DNA from: Paramecium tetraurelia
Lineage: Eukaryota
NCBI GenBank assembly: GCA_000165425.1
Contig: CT868052.1
Coordinates: forward strand, 62,001-126,000
DNA: 64,000 bases
Reading direction: 5' to 3'
Of the stretch, positions 23,615 through 37,318 are shown piece by piece. Position 1 is the stretch's first letter. Every line of letters starts with the position of its first letter. The position numbers and the translations under genes were made by a program. The notes beneath the pieces are model-generated. The model saw nothing but the letters and a program-made list of their open reading frames with translations, ran no database searches and was not told the origin of the DNA.

Positions 23615-25053
23615 TCAATGTTATCTTCCAAATTCTCTTTCCTTTTTTAATACAGTTCTAAACCCAGATTCTCTATTAAAATATTAATCAGGAACCTTTG
23701 ATAAATATCCAGCTTCTGGGTTTACTAATTCAATTCCTTAAGTGGGTGTAAAGGCAATGCTTGAAGTTAATCCACCAGTACCACCTCCAGATTGAGTCTT
23801 CGTTTGTGCAAGTCTCTATTATAATTTCTTACTGAGACCAATTGGCTTATCCTTCTTGATGTGTAACTTTACTTTGCCAATACCTTGACTTAACATTCCC
23901 AACCCAATTCCTGTGTCCTTGATTTCATCCTCAGCCTCCAATCCAAATTTCAATCTATTAGCATACTTCCTCACTTCTGTCATAGCCAATCTTTCTTTCT
24001 ATTTTCTGAACCTCTTCCCTCCTCTTCTTCTCTTCTTGTTCTCATCTGGAATAGGTAATGGTTTTTCTAATTTAGCAGGAGGAGGTTCTTAAATCTTCTA
24101 ATATCTCTTCATCATTTTTATTCTTAGATCCTCTCCTACATTTCCTTTGGGACATGTCTTCATATTATCAACTCTGGCTGCTTTGGCCACATTGGTTGCT
24201 AACATCCTTACTATTTGATTTTACAATTTCCCTGACGCTTTCTGTACAATCTCCAATGTTCCAAAATAACCAGTGTTTCTATTATGCATAGCTCTACTCA
24301 TTCCCAACATATTTTTCTTAACACTTCCCATCACTTAAATGTTACCTGCTGGCATATTGGCAAGCTTTTCAATTCCTCCTGCAGCTGCCATCAACTTAGA
24401 TGCCAATTGTGTACCTATTAAGGCTGAGACATTTGGAGCTATGTACTTCATTCTAGATTCAATATAGCAGATGACTAAAATTTTGATATAAGTTGTACTT
24501 TTCTAATTGTAGCTATCTAATGTCTCGATCTTATGACACAACTAATCAACCAAGGAGATGTCTTCCTCTGAAAGTTAACCAATTAAGGATTGTTTAGCAG
24601 CTATATTGACAGCAACTACTTGCTAACCACTCAAAAGTTATGAAAAATCTATGGCTTGAAGATCTATAGCATTTCGAATTAACCTGACTATCTTAACATA
24701 CTCGATAGGGTTTATGATTATTTTTTCCAATTCTGGAAACTTCTTATGGTATACATCCTTCAATTATTTATGGATATTCAAAATCCTTATGTTATTCAAA
24801 ATGAATACTCTTAATCAATGATTGTACTATATTCATTTGACCTTAAAATTAGATGATATTCTTCGTGACTTGCATTTATAGTTTCATCTTAGATTTGATA
24901 AGCAGATACTTCTAAAACTCTTTGATAATGCTAAAGAAATTTGTTATCTTTAAGTAAAGAACAAGTTGGTTCATCCTCAACCTATTATTTTGCCTCTGCA
25001 ATTTGTTGCTCTTCCTCTTCCTCCAAATCTTGCATAAAATCTTTGTCAATCAT
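23615..25053 (-). CDS. PRP31: U4/U6 snRNP protein Prp31
   Basis: YHKKFPELEKII; IESRMKYIAPNVSALIG; MPAGNIQVMG; EPPPAKLEKPLPIPDENKKRRRGGKRFRK; GLTSSIAFTPTQGIELVNP. Confidence 0.97.
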
Positions 25054-25183
25054 GATATTTGTTTTGCTTCTATTTATTTATTAAAATATATATATTTCTT
25101 AGGAATTAGAAAAATAGAATAATCTCTCCTTTGAAGAATGAAATTAAATCAAAATTTGAAAAACTATGTATAGTTCAAAAATA

Positions 25184-27587
25184 TCAGTAACCAATTGTGG
25201 CTAATGTAACCAAGAGAGTGGCACAGATCTCTGCCCTATTTTCATCTATTCTAAGATTATCCATAATAGCCATTTTGATATGTTATTTTCCCAAATCCTC
25301 TTAATGCGAACATAATTTAGCTAATCTAAATAATTATTCAAAATGTTGTCCCAATTCAACAACCAATTTATCTTTTAAACTTCTTTGATTGCTACTAATT
25401 TTTTTTCTTGGTTCTGGCTACGATTTGGAAATATTGACTGCCTCTGAATTACTTTACATCCAAGTATTAACTTATGTTTATGGTGGTAAGGTATCAGCAT
25501 CATCTCTAAGATCGTCACTTGATTCTTCGGAATATATTCTAGAATCTTCAGAGTCAATTTCATTTTATAGATTCGGCTCTTCTAATTTTTTTTATTAATC
25601 CGACTAATTGATATATGTAATTTATTTACAAGAACATTTTTCAGTTCATTAATCATTTCTTTCATGTCTTCCTCACTATTACGTTTCTAAGCAGGTTTTT
25701 TTTAAAAAGGATCTTTATAAATGATTTTGTAAATCTTTTTCTTATTTTTCTCCTCATCAGTTTTAGATATTGACTCTTTAATTATTTTCACTGGTTTCTT
25801 TTAAATAATATCGAGTACTTGATATTATAATTCCTTATGAATTTCAAAAGCAGGTGTAAGAATACTTTATTTTTTGTTATTATCCTAGTTTTCTTCTGAA
25901 TTTTGAAAATCACTAATGGTTGATTAGTTGAGTAATTTTTATTCTGGAGTTTCTGAGATTTTTTCCAAATGACTCTATTAATTTTATAGTTCCTCCTGTT
26001 TTTTATGACTAGAAACAATTTCCTCTGAAACCTTGCGTTCCTACTATTTCTTCTATTCAAACATTTTAGGCTATGCATGAACTCTATAAATAGGCTTCTT
26101 GCATTCATCCTCTGATTTCAATCCCAGTTTGATCTTCTGAATTTAATCCAATTTGGTTAGGCCCTTTAAATTTTTGATATGAGGTTTAATCTCAAGGTTT
26201 TTCTTAAAGAATTTAGGACTTTCTTGCTCACTGTATTTGGTTCCCTCCTCTATCACTTAATCCGAACCCTAATAAGAATCTGGACTTTCTTTAGTAATAA
26301 AGCGACCATTTTTTTGTTTACTGAGAATGCCTACTTCTGGAGTGGATGGCAAAGCTCTTTAATTTGGATTTTGATTTAGTTATTATCGACTGGTTTGTTA
26401 TCTTGTAATTGGTGGTCTCTCAGGTTTGGATAATTTAATTTCAGGTAATTTCTTGAGATCACTATTCTTTCTTTGTTTCTATAAATTGATAGCAGGACTC
26501 CTAATTCCAGGCAATTACTTTATGTGATTCTCTTTCGAGGTTTGCTCTGTTACATCCCCTTTTGCATCCTGATCGTCAATCAAAGGAATAGTTGTATCAG
26601 ACAAATGTATCTGTTGGTTGTGTAATATTGTGTGATCGAATTCGCTTCTCTTCATAGTCTCTGATAGGAAATTCTTTATTCGATTTGTGATAATAGGCAT
26701 CTTGAGAATTTGATGAACTGCTGGTCGTTTCTCAGGATTTACTGTTAGAAGCTAATTCACAAGGCTATCTTTGTTTAATTATAAGATTAGTTTTACGTTC
26801 TCAATTGAGAGGAGTAAATGTTTGGAATGGCTTAAAATTGACCACGCACTATTTTTAGAGCTAATTAGGCTAGCGAATCAGCTGTAAAGGGCGGAGTCTT
26901 GGCACACATCTAATTTGTAATACTCATTCCATTACTTCATAGAGAATTACTCCAAGTGACCAAATATCGCCTTTAAAACTATATGGCTTGTTTTCCAACA
27001 ATTCAGGAGCCAAGTAATAAGGGGTACCCACCATTGTTTTTGCTTTGTCTCTAGTGTTGTTCAATAATCGAGCTATTCCAAAATCTCCCAATCGTATTCT
27101 CATGTCTTTAGTCAGGAACATATTTTAAGTTTTGATGTCTCGATGAATTATTTTACGATCATGACAATGTTTTATTGCTAGACACATTTAAGTAAACCAG
27201 TCCAAAATCCTAGACTCTGCTATATAACCATCTGTATTCTTCAACACCTAAGCCAAATCACCACCTATTCTTAATTAGTAGATGATTACCTTCAGCATAA
27301 TCCATCACTATACACAATTTCCCTTTTACTGTCTTATAAACCTCTCTAAAATTTATTATATTTGGATGCTTCAATTCAGACATTATTCTGAACTCTCTGT
27401 ATGTTTCCTGTTTTATTTTAGCTAAATAAATTACTTTCTTTTCTTAATCGTTTAAGTATCTCATGTCCATTTGCTTAATCACGCACAAAGAGTGATCTTT
27501 CAAACATTCACAAAGATAAGCCTTCCCAAATGATCCTTATCCTAACAAACGAATCCTCTTATACACATCTGATTCTTTTGGTCTCAT
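25184..27587 (-). CDS. NIMA-related (NEK) Ser/Thr kinase with coiled-coil C-terminus
   Basis: [51 protein letters not shown], plus post-kinase SEFDHTILH motif. Several introns. Confidence 0.95.
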
Positions 27588-28747
27588 TTTATAAATTAAT
27601 TATATTATAATCAAAACTAAAATCTAATCCATCTCTGGAAGTTACTAAAATTAAAAATTCATTTTCATAATTATTTACAACTCTGGATGCCTACAACTTC
27701 CATATTTTTCTTTTTTAAAAGTTCAAGAAAACATAATTATTAAGAAAAATATTGAATTTATGTAAAAGTTTGGAGCCAATCAAAATAGAAAATTACTCAA
27801 ATAATTACATTAAAACATATTTCTGGAAATTGAATTTCTTATTGAAATGTGCATCATTAATATTTAAAAATTTGTTTTACAACATTAAATAATTAATTAT
27901 TAAATCCTATATTGGACTAATATATATTATTAGCTTTACAAAATAGTAAATGTTGAGATGCAATTATATCAAAAATACTTTATAATTTAAACTATAATCA
28001 TTATATTAGAATATTCATTATTTTAATTCAATTTTTTTATTATTATCTATAAAATATTATAATAGAGAAGGAAAATCGATTTCTTTAAGTACAAAAGCGA
28101 AATAAAAACTATTTCTAATTAATATTTCTATTTTCTTATTTTCCCCTTTATTTATTGATTATTCTTTTAGAAATTATAGTTTTCAAACATGTAAAATTTT
28201 TATATCGATATTCAACAATTCTGAAAATGAACTTTAGATGAGAGTAATAACTTGTAATAAGTGAAGATTTTATTTAATGTAACTCATTTTAAAAGAATAA
28301 AGCTGAAGTTTTTATATAATTATATAGATATTTTAGTAGATACCATCATATTCACAATATATACCTAAGTCTTTTGTCACTTTATTAGACAAGAATGAAT
28401 TAAAAATTCATAGGTTTTTACTAAATTAATAATTTAACTTAATTTTAACAAATTTGTATAATATTTTCCTCGTCTAATTTGATTGTTAATTTTTGAGTCT
28501 GTAGTGTGCTGGAATATTAAAAAAATAGTTATAAATTTATAAATAATTGTGGCAATATCATAAAGGAGAATGGTATTTTATTAATTAGTCTACTTTTTAT
28601 AAAAGAGGAGGGAGTGCATGCTAGGGTTTAGGGGTTGATATCTTAAGTTGATCTAAATGTAGTGATCATGGATTTGCGTATTTGGAGAAGAATAAAATTT
28701 AATAGCAAATATAAAAACGGTTTAAAGTATATATATATTTAACATAA

Positions 28748-31700
28748 ATGAAGAAAACCTTAATAACATTCTTGTTGTTGATGGTTGTGGTTATCTCTAC
28801 GAAAATAGAAGCATCAGAGCTTAGAACTCAAGGTATATTTATATAAAATATCAGGGATGACCTACACTGAAGCATAAAATCTAGATGTTTCTCGTTTAAA
28901 TTGCCACATCGATTTTGAATACACGATTGGGGAGTTGGCAAGATGGGTTGATATTATAGATAATCGAGATCAATTGATCAAAGATCTTGCAATAATTAAT
29001 TAAGTGATAAGCATCGTGGAAAAAGCAAAAGGATCAATATCTGTGATTCATTCCTCTATGCTTTTGCAAATATAAAGTAAAGTGAGTAAATCACTCCAAA
29101 GTGTATTTATATAAAACAAATGGGCAGCTTGTAAAGTAGAGGATGCCCTTGAATATGTGGCATAATTAAATGGCACTTAAAGTATTCATTTTGATTATCA
29201 CTTAGCAATTGAGGAGAAGATTGCTTTAGCGAATAAAATCATAGCCCAATTGAGGCAGACCTAGGATTAGATTCACTAATACTTGGATTAATGCTCATAT
29301 GCAAAACGTACTCAAGGATTGAGATAGAAGATAAGTTAGCTTCAAACATTAAAGAGAGTATGTGACCAAGAAATAAAGAAGCCAACAATAATTATAGATA
29401 ACGATCCTGATGACGAGGTATTAAATTTTGATGAGGAGCCAGAAGAAACAATTTATTATTATTTTGAAGAGGAAGACGTTGAGACTCCTCCCGATTACAT
29501 TTATCATGAACCTCAACATTACACCTATCCAACATATTAGGATGAGACCAAAAAACCATAAAAAAAATAAGTTAAGAAGATAGTGCCAAAAGAAGTAGTT
29601 GATGAAATCAAAGGAAATAAAAGATATGTAGCCTTGGGTCATGAGATTGAAGGAGAAGTGAAGGATAATGTGGATGAATAATAAAATTAATAAGAAGAGA
29701 CATAATTTGTAGTTTCCCCAGCCAAGGTTAGTAAGATAGAGGGTCTGAATAATGAAGATGATGGTAGTGAGAAAACAGATGGTGATAAGGAGAAAACATA
29801 AGGAGAAGAAGAATAAAAAGAATAAACTAATGGAGAGGAAACTAACGAAAACACTGGATCTGAATAAGAGTAGATAATAGTTGAAACTCATGATAAACCC
29901 TTAACATAAGATGAATCTGAAATAAAAGAGAATGTAACTATTGATGAATCTAAAAATGTCACTGTCGATGAGACTAAAGCTGGAAATGCTGATGATGATG
30001 ATACTACTACTGAAGTTAAGATCACAACAGTTCATAAGACTGAATAAACTGATAATGAAAGTGATGAAACAAAAGATACAGACAGTTAAGAATAAGAATC
30101 CACTGAGGAATCTACAGATGAATAAACATAGAAAGAAACTACTTAATAATCTTAAGGAACAGAAACAACTCATGAATCAGGATCAAGTACAGAAAATGAA
30201 GGAGATGTGGTTGTTGATAATTAATCTAAAAGTTAAGATGATGAACATGTTATTTCAATTGGATCATCAAGGGTTGAACATAAAAAGGATGTTTAAAAAT
30301 AAGAAGGTGAAGTATAATAAGAGGGTGAAGTATAATAAGAAGAGGGTGAAGTATAATAAGAAGAAGCTGAAGTAAAATAAGAAGAAGGTGAATAAAAATA
30401 AGAAGAAGCTGAAGTATAATAATAAGAAGCTGAATAAAAATAAGAAGAAAGTGAGTAAAAGTAAGAAGAAAGTGAATAAAAGTAAGAAGAAGGCGAATAA
30501 AAGTAAGAAGAAAGTGAATAAAAGTAAGAAGAAGGACATACCCATGAATAAAGTGAAGATCACAAGGATTCTCAAAAGAACTAAAATGATGAGAAGAAAA
30601 TAAAAAAACAAAAGATTAGTGATGATCGTTCATTAAAGATCTAATCATTAAGAGAAGAACCAAATCCAAATGAACCAACATAATTTTAACCACCAAAACA
30701 TCGGGCTAATTCAGGTCGTGTTTAAGAAAGAAAAGTCGTAGCTGTAAATACAAAATATTAAAATTCTGACTTCGATGGTGAACCAACAGAATAATTCGAA
30801 TTCACTGACCGATCCTTACTTCAAGACTCTTCTGAATATGGATATGGATATTGGGTCAGATACACAGAACATGGAGTTAAGGAACATAGTAGAGAGGATG
30901 GGGAATACTATTTCTTATCAAGAATGACAATAAATGAGGAGTATGAAGATTTTTCATTTTATGGAGACAGAGCCTTAGCAGTATTTATGTTCGATAATTC
31001 CTTTGTATTCAGCACATACGATACAAGCGAGAAATTGAAGACTAAAGATAAGGCAGTAGTATTAAATGAAAACATGGACAGTATGTGGTATTTCGTTATG
31101 TTCTCTTACAGTAATCCATTAAGAAAAGCTGTTGGTTATATTGCAAGTTATGGGGAAGGTAATGGAATATATAGAGTGGAAATAGATGGTACTCACATTC
31201 CACCTTCTTATATCAAACTCATATTTGGTGGTAAACATATGGATTATCATGGATTAAATGGACAATTTGCAAATATCTTCTTTGATATTGATGCTCCAGC
31301 ATTTGTCGATGGAGATGAAGCCTTGGATGAAATCCTCAACACCTTGAGTAATCCTCCTTAGAGTGTTCCTGCTATGATAGATGAAACTGTAGTTTAGAAA
31401 CCTAAACATTTGAATGGAAATGATAAAGGAGAGTAGTACCACTTTGATCCATAAGAATCTTAATTGATCATAGAAGAATATGCAGTTGGTTTATGGTTTA
31501 GATGGATCGATGACTTAAAAGTGGATGAACCAAATACATTTTAGTTGATTAATTTGAGATCGAACAAAGTCAAATCTGCAGGAAAAGGAGTCTTAGGAGA
31601 TAGAGCATTAGAAGTACATTATACATATGGTGGTGGTGCAAAGAGTACAGTCTACTTCAACACTTATACAACTAAGGGTAATAGAGCTAAGGGATAACCA

Positions 31701-34700
31701 TACTTATCAAAGACAGTAGAAAGTGTTGAGTTCATTTGGACTTATGTTTACTTTGGATATGATAATGATGGAGGACGTGCCTATGGTGCAGTGATTAAAC
31801 CAGGACTAGTGGGAGAAGTTAAATTTGAAGGCATCTAACACAAATTGGTTAACAGTTTGAGTGTTACTTTAGGTGGTGATGATGTCATATCCCCATTCAA
31901 TGGTATGATTGGATATGTTGGTATTTACCTTGGAACAGGAGCATACAGAGAATGTTTAGAATTTGAGATGACGTTCAATGATTGGGAAGGAGTCATGGGA
32001 GTGTATTAAGTCGGTAAGCCAATCACTTACATTGCTGGAGATGCTAATTAAGCTAGAGATGTAGCATATGATGCTTCAGAAAATGTTGTGGATAAAATTA
32101 TAATTCATAATGAGGAGGGAATGAAAATTAATGGGTAAAGTGAATATGGTTTTGGATTATGGACTAGATGGTTGAGTACATTGCCTAAATATTTGAATAA
32201 GAGAGCACCAGTACATACTATTGCTAGAATGGGTACTTAAGGTTATGTTATTGAATCTATTGATGGTAAATTAGTTAGATCTAATGCTAACAGACCAAGT
32301 ACTCCTAAGGATACTACTTTGTCAATTTCTTTGACTCCAGATTCTTATGAATTCTAAACTTTGGAATTGAAAGATGATATTGAGTTTTCTTAATTAGAAG
32401 GACATTGGAATTATGTCTACTTTGGATATATTAGACATGGTGATTAGGGATTGGCCAAAGGATACGTTCAATTTGGTGTTGATGGTGAAGTTGATGAAGT
32501 AATTTTCGACACTTTCCATGATTATTTACTTGAGTATGTTGAATTCATAGTTGGCAAAACCTCAGCTCCATTATTCAATGGTGAAATGGCAAGAATATCA
32601 TTTTCATTTGGACCTGGATCATTCATACCCACAATGGATACATTAAAAATCTTTATTCAGAATACTCTACCAGAAAAGGCTCAGATTCATCCAGTGGCCA
32701 GACAAACTTTATAATTGGTGGGAGCACCTCAATAGCTTAAGGAAGAACCTATTCAATTCGAATTCGACAAGTATTAAGGAGCAGAAGAATATGCTATTTC
32801 AGGATGGGTCAGATGGAGTGGTCCACTTGTCACTGGTAAAGTGTCTCATCTCATAACGATGGCTTAGAAGAGATTGGAGGATTTGGATGGTAAGAATGAA
32901 GAGACCTTACAAATAGTCAGAGGAGATCAAGCCTTCACTTTCATTACCTATAGTCAACATGAAGGTGAATACAAATTGGCTACTTAAGATGAAGCCTATG
33001 GGGAATATGCTGATCAATGGACATACATTTATTATGGATTTTCTTAATCGAAACAATAGACTTATGGTTATTTGAAATTTACATTTACAGAGAGCGAATT
33101 TAGATAAGAAAAGGTTAATCACTTTTATTTGGCTGTGTTCTCTGTATTGATCTAAGAGAAATAACAATACACTTAATTTATTGGCCAAATTAAAACATGG
33201 GTTATTAATATTGGAGATGGAGCATTCAGAGAGGGAGGATTTGATGAAAATGAAAATATTAAAGTTCATTTCGGATTCGTCAGCGGAACCGATCATTATC
33301 AAATTACAATAGGCTGGATAAGAAGCACATCATGAAGAGACCATTCTAGAATGTTCATCATAAAGTGATGAGGTACCTTTACATATAGAATTCGAACAAA
33401 GTGATAAATTGCACTTGCATGGTGTTAGTGAATATGGTTATGGCTATTGGGTTAAATTCCAATATTTCGCAAGCAAGAATACCATATATAGCAGACCATA
33501 ATTAATGGGATTGAGTAGACTCACCAGCAATAAAGATTACAAAGATTTTGATCATCCAGGAGACAGAGTACTCTTAGTTTTATTAGGAAAATAATCCTAT
33601 CATTTTGGAACCTACGATGTAATTACTAAATCAAATAATGTCGCTGGAGATATTCCTTATCAAGTTGACTCTGAAAGCGAATGGACATACATTTATTTCA
33701 GTTTTAAGAGAATTTCATAAACCTAAGGACATGCCATGGCCTTCACTTATTACAAAGACACTACATCAGGCATTCAAATGGATGTGATGCACTCATTATT
33801 AAATGACTATTTGTAATTGACTGTTGGTAATGCAGGCAAATATTATACAAATTTCAATGGACAAATTACTACAATCAGATTCAATCTTGGTCCAGGTGCC
33901 TATATCGATACCAAATAGGGTTTACTCTAAAGAATCAAGAATAAGGATGTTATGCCTGATATATTGGGTCCCACCAAAAAGTATGAGGTTTTGATTGGAA
34001 AACACGATGTTACCAAGATAGAAGAGGATTAACATATTACACACATAAATGAAGAGGCCAGAGAATATGGAATCTAATTATGGTTCAGGTGGTTCAAATC
34101 ACCAATTAAGACTCAATAGTTGATTTATAGATTCACTTCTTCAAATCCCGATTCTTTGGGTGATGCATAAAAAATAGGAGATAGAACCTTGGCTCTATTC
34201 CATACTGATGGCATAGAATTCAGTACTTATAACTTAAATCCTCTATCTTTGTAGAACACATATGAAGCTAAAATCCCATCATAATAATTGGAAGTTTGGA
34301 CATTTGTATATTTTGGTTATTCCAAACATCATTAGAAAGTTAGTTACTATTTATTGGCTGATGATGATGAACACAAAGGATTAGAATAAGCTTTACATGT
34401 TGTCTCTAATAATTACTGGTTATTCTTAGTAAAGGATGCAATGACAAAACCATTCGATAGTAGATTGGCTCAAGTTATTTTGAATATTGGAGATGGCAGT
34501 TACAGAGAAGATAACTTCAACACTCTTTAAGTCTATTTGGCAGCTCCTAAATTGTTTAGTACTGATAGTAAATTTGATTGGGAAGCTGATGATACTATAA
34601 CATTAGTTTCAGGTGATCCAGACAAATAAGGGTTGAAGATTACATTCTCTGAACCTGATAGAAATATAGAGAGTGTTTAGGAATATTCAGTTGGTCTATG

Positions 34701-37229
34701 GACTAGATTCTTGTAAGCATGGCCAGAGAGATAATGGCATACTCCATCTGAAATGTAGATCGTAAGATTAACTTACAATGATGAAGTGGATCATGGCAAA
34801 ATTGCTATTGGAGATAGAGTATTAAATGCCATGGTTGTTTTAGAAAATTATTAATTTGGAACTTATGACTTGAACGATGATGCTCCTAATGAAATCAGCA
34901 CTATTCCTTATACTCATTTGGAAGGAAGATGGCATTACATATATCTTGGATATAAGAGACAATTGTAACAAGCTAACTACTTTGTATTTGATGGAGATGA
35001 AATTAAACACGCCGCAAATGAGAAATTATTACATAAACCACTTGGTGATTTCATTCATTTGATTTTGGGAGGAGAAAAGGATGTTGCTCCATTCTAAGGT
35101 TTATTTACTGAAGTAGCTGCTCATTTTGGAGTTGGATCATTCATAGCATCAGGTGAAGATTTGATGAAATCAATTGACACTAGTTTTGCTTTACCTTAAG
35201 AATTAACCGTTGATTATATTCATAAACAAAAACATGGTTAACAATAGTTAATTGGTGAAAGTGATAATAATGAAGGTAGTGAAAGTACTGGTGATACTTG
35301 GAGTGGAGTAGGAGAATATGCTATTTCTGGTTGGTTTAAGATTGCAGAAACTTAAGTGAAGAAAGAAGGAGAGATAAATTCACCTTGTTAAATATTATTC
35401 AGGATCACTAACAATGATAAAGAACATTTAAGTGATCGTAAATCATAAGGAGATAGAGCATTACATGCTTAAATATGTACTAGTGACACTGTTAAATTGA
35501 GTACTTATACATTGAAAGGATTAAAGGATTGGAATGAAGCTAAATTCTTAGAAGAAAAAGTGGAACTTGGTTACTCAAAGAAGGCATGGGCATATTTATA
35601 TATGGCTTATAATGAAAATGTTGGTGAAGTTCACACTTTATTACACCTATTTGAGGAGGATAAACCAGTTATTTTCAAAGGAGTTCAACACTTTGTTCCA
35701 CATTTCATAGGAATCTATGTGGGCAAGGATCCTCATAGTAGAAGATTCTAAGGAGAGTTGTAGAAATGGGTTGCTTAATACGGATAAGGAGCATTTGTTG
35801 ATGTAATGAAGAAAGGCTATGAAGATACACTACCTAACTTTAGACATATTCAAATTAATTAAAAATATCTCTGGTTTGAAAAAGAAGATAGAATTATTTA
35901 AACACCAGAAAAGGTTGAATAGACATTCACATCTGAAACTGAATCAGTCGATGAATATGCAGTTGGTGTTTGGACTAGATGGTTAATAGCATTCCCTACT
36001 ACTCTGACTGATAGAGCAGATGTCCACACTATTTTCAGATTCTCAAGCACACATCAATATTAAGACAAGAGTGAATTGGGTAATAGGGTATTGTCAGCCT
36101 TCCTTACAAAAGGAAATTACGAATTCAGTACATATGATGCATCTAAACCTGCCAATGCAGTTGATGCTTAATTGCCTTATGAAAATATTGAAGGTGAATG
36201 GACTTATGTTTATGCTGCCTATAAGAATAAGAATTTCTATGGCATGGTCTTATTTAAGGATCAATAAAAGGCAGCCCATCTAAACATGGAAGTGACTCAT
36301 CAAGTGTTAACTGGTTATGCTCATTTTGTCTTAGGAGCTAATGAATTCGGATATAAAGCATTCCATGGCTGGTTCTATGACCCAAGAATATTCTTAGGTG
36401 CTGGAAGTTACATCAGTGAATCCCAAAAGGTTGTAGAGATGATCCATAAATTACACAGAAAATTGCCAGTAACACCTTAATAGGCTGAAGATTTCAAATG
36501 GCCAGTCTCTTTGTTGGATACAACCAATCAGGATGACCTTGATTCTAAAAAGGATTAATTGAACTTTGAATTCACAGACAAGGCAGAAATGTAATCCTAT
36601 AGTATTGGATTCTGGTTCCAAAATGCTATGTTACTTCCTGAAATGGAAAATGATTTCACTTCTTTAGTTCGCTTAACCACCAATGGACCTGATCTTGCAG
36701 CAGACGATAAGTTTATTGGAGATAGAACCTTAGCATTCTTTACAAAGACCGATAAGTTGATGGCTAGTACTTATACAATTAAGGATCCATCATTTGAACC
36801 ATTGTCCCATACTTTCGACATTAAAGAGCACCAGTGGACATTCGTGTACTTTGGATACGAGAAACCTCACGCCAGAGCCTATGTACTCAATCCTAATGGA
36901 CCAACTGAGAAGATTTTCATTGCTTAACACATAGTCCCTAATGCTTTTTACTTAAGAGTTGTAAATGATCTTGGCCATCCATCTTTTTGGGTATATTATT
37001 ATTTTAATAATTACAGGGTAAAATCTATGGATTAAAGGTCAATTTCGGTGAAGGTAGCTATTTTGAGAATCCATTGGAATTAATTGACAAATGGCCTTAT
37101 GATCCAAAAAAACATTCTGACATTGATAAATAAGGAGATAAAGTCTTATGTATTTCTATATTTCTAATTACAATAGCTATTAATTCTGCCAAGGTCACAA
37201 AACAAAAGAGTGATGATGCCAATGAATGA
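28748..37229 (+). CDS. Giant secreted protein (~2,800 aa): signal peptide, helical N-domain, acidic E/Q/D linker, about 10 LamG/ConA-like repeats; apparent frameshift near 33297
   Basis: MKKTLITFLLLMVVVIS signal. Repeats EY(G/A)xGxWxR...GDRxL...FSTY...WxxxYFGY. Introns at ~28832, ~36992 and ~37149. TGA at 37227-37229. Confidence 0.85.
30300..30535 (+). repeat. Imperfect 21-nt tandem repeat encoding QEE(G/A/S)E(V/Q)(Q/K)
   Basis: Units such as taagaagaaggtgaataaaaa and taagaagaaagtgaataaaag, repeated about 10 times. Confidence 0.85.
30780..37100 (+). repeat. About 10 tandem ~210-aa protein domains (LamG/ConA-like)
   Basis: GDR/GNR-xL motif at about 30963, 31597, 33560, 34177, 34810, 35449, 36078 and 36718, with degenerate copies near 32305 and 32900. 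Spacing about 630 nt. Confidence 0.8.
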
Positions 37230-37318
37230 GCTATAAACTAATAGATCAGTATTTATTTTATATCTTTCAATACAAGCATATATAAATTTAATCTTTCTGA
37301 GTACAATAAAATAAACTA

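Noticed and set aside
27600..28600. 1-kb AT-rich gap as a mobile element or hidden gene
   Set aside because: No terminal repeats, transposase-like frame or coherent ORF found.
28622..28637. Telomere-like TAGGGTTTAGGGGTTG
   Set aside because: Only about 2 degenerate units, not matching a TT(T/G)GGG array; treated as a possible promoter motif instead.
29182..29205. Second stop-less 24-nt GTA..TAG candidate intron
   Set aside because: The frame is open with or without it and no functional motif is affected; it cannot be judged from sequence alone.
30300..30535. Tandem repeat as a CRISPR or satellite array
   Set aside because: In-frame coding repeat with no spacers, in a eukaryotic gene.
29421..30611. 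Long Phe/Leu-rich minus-strand ORFs and Lys/Asn-rich plus-strand ORFs in the ORF track
   Set aside because: Antisense or off-frame shadows of the E/Q/D-rich linker of the giant gene.
33291..33335. Euplotes-style programmed +1 frameshift or a retained IES
   Set aside because: No AAA-stop slippery context, and TAA/TAG are sense codons here. The TA-to-TA segment that would fix the frame is 22 nt, shorter than the known ~26-nt minimum IES.
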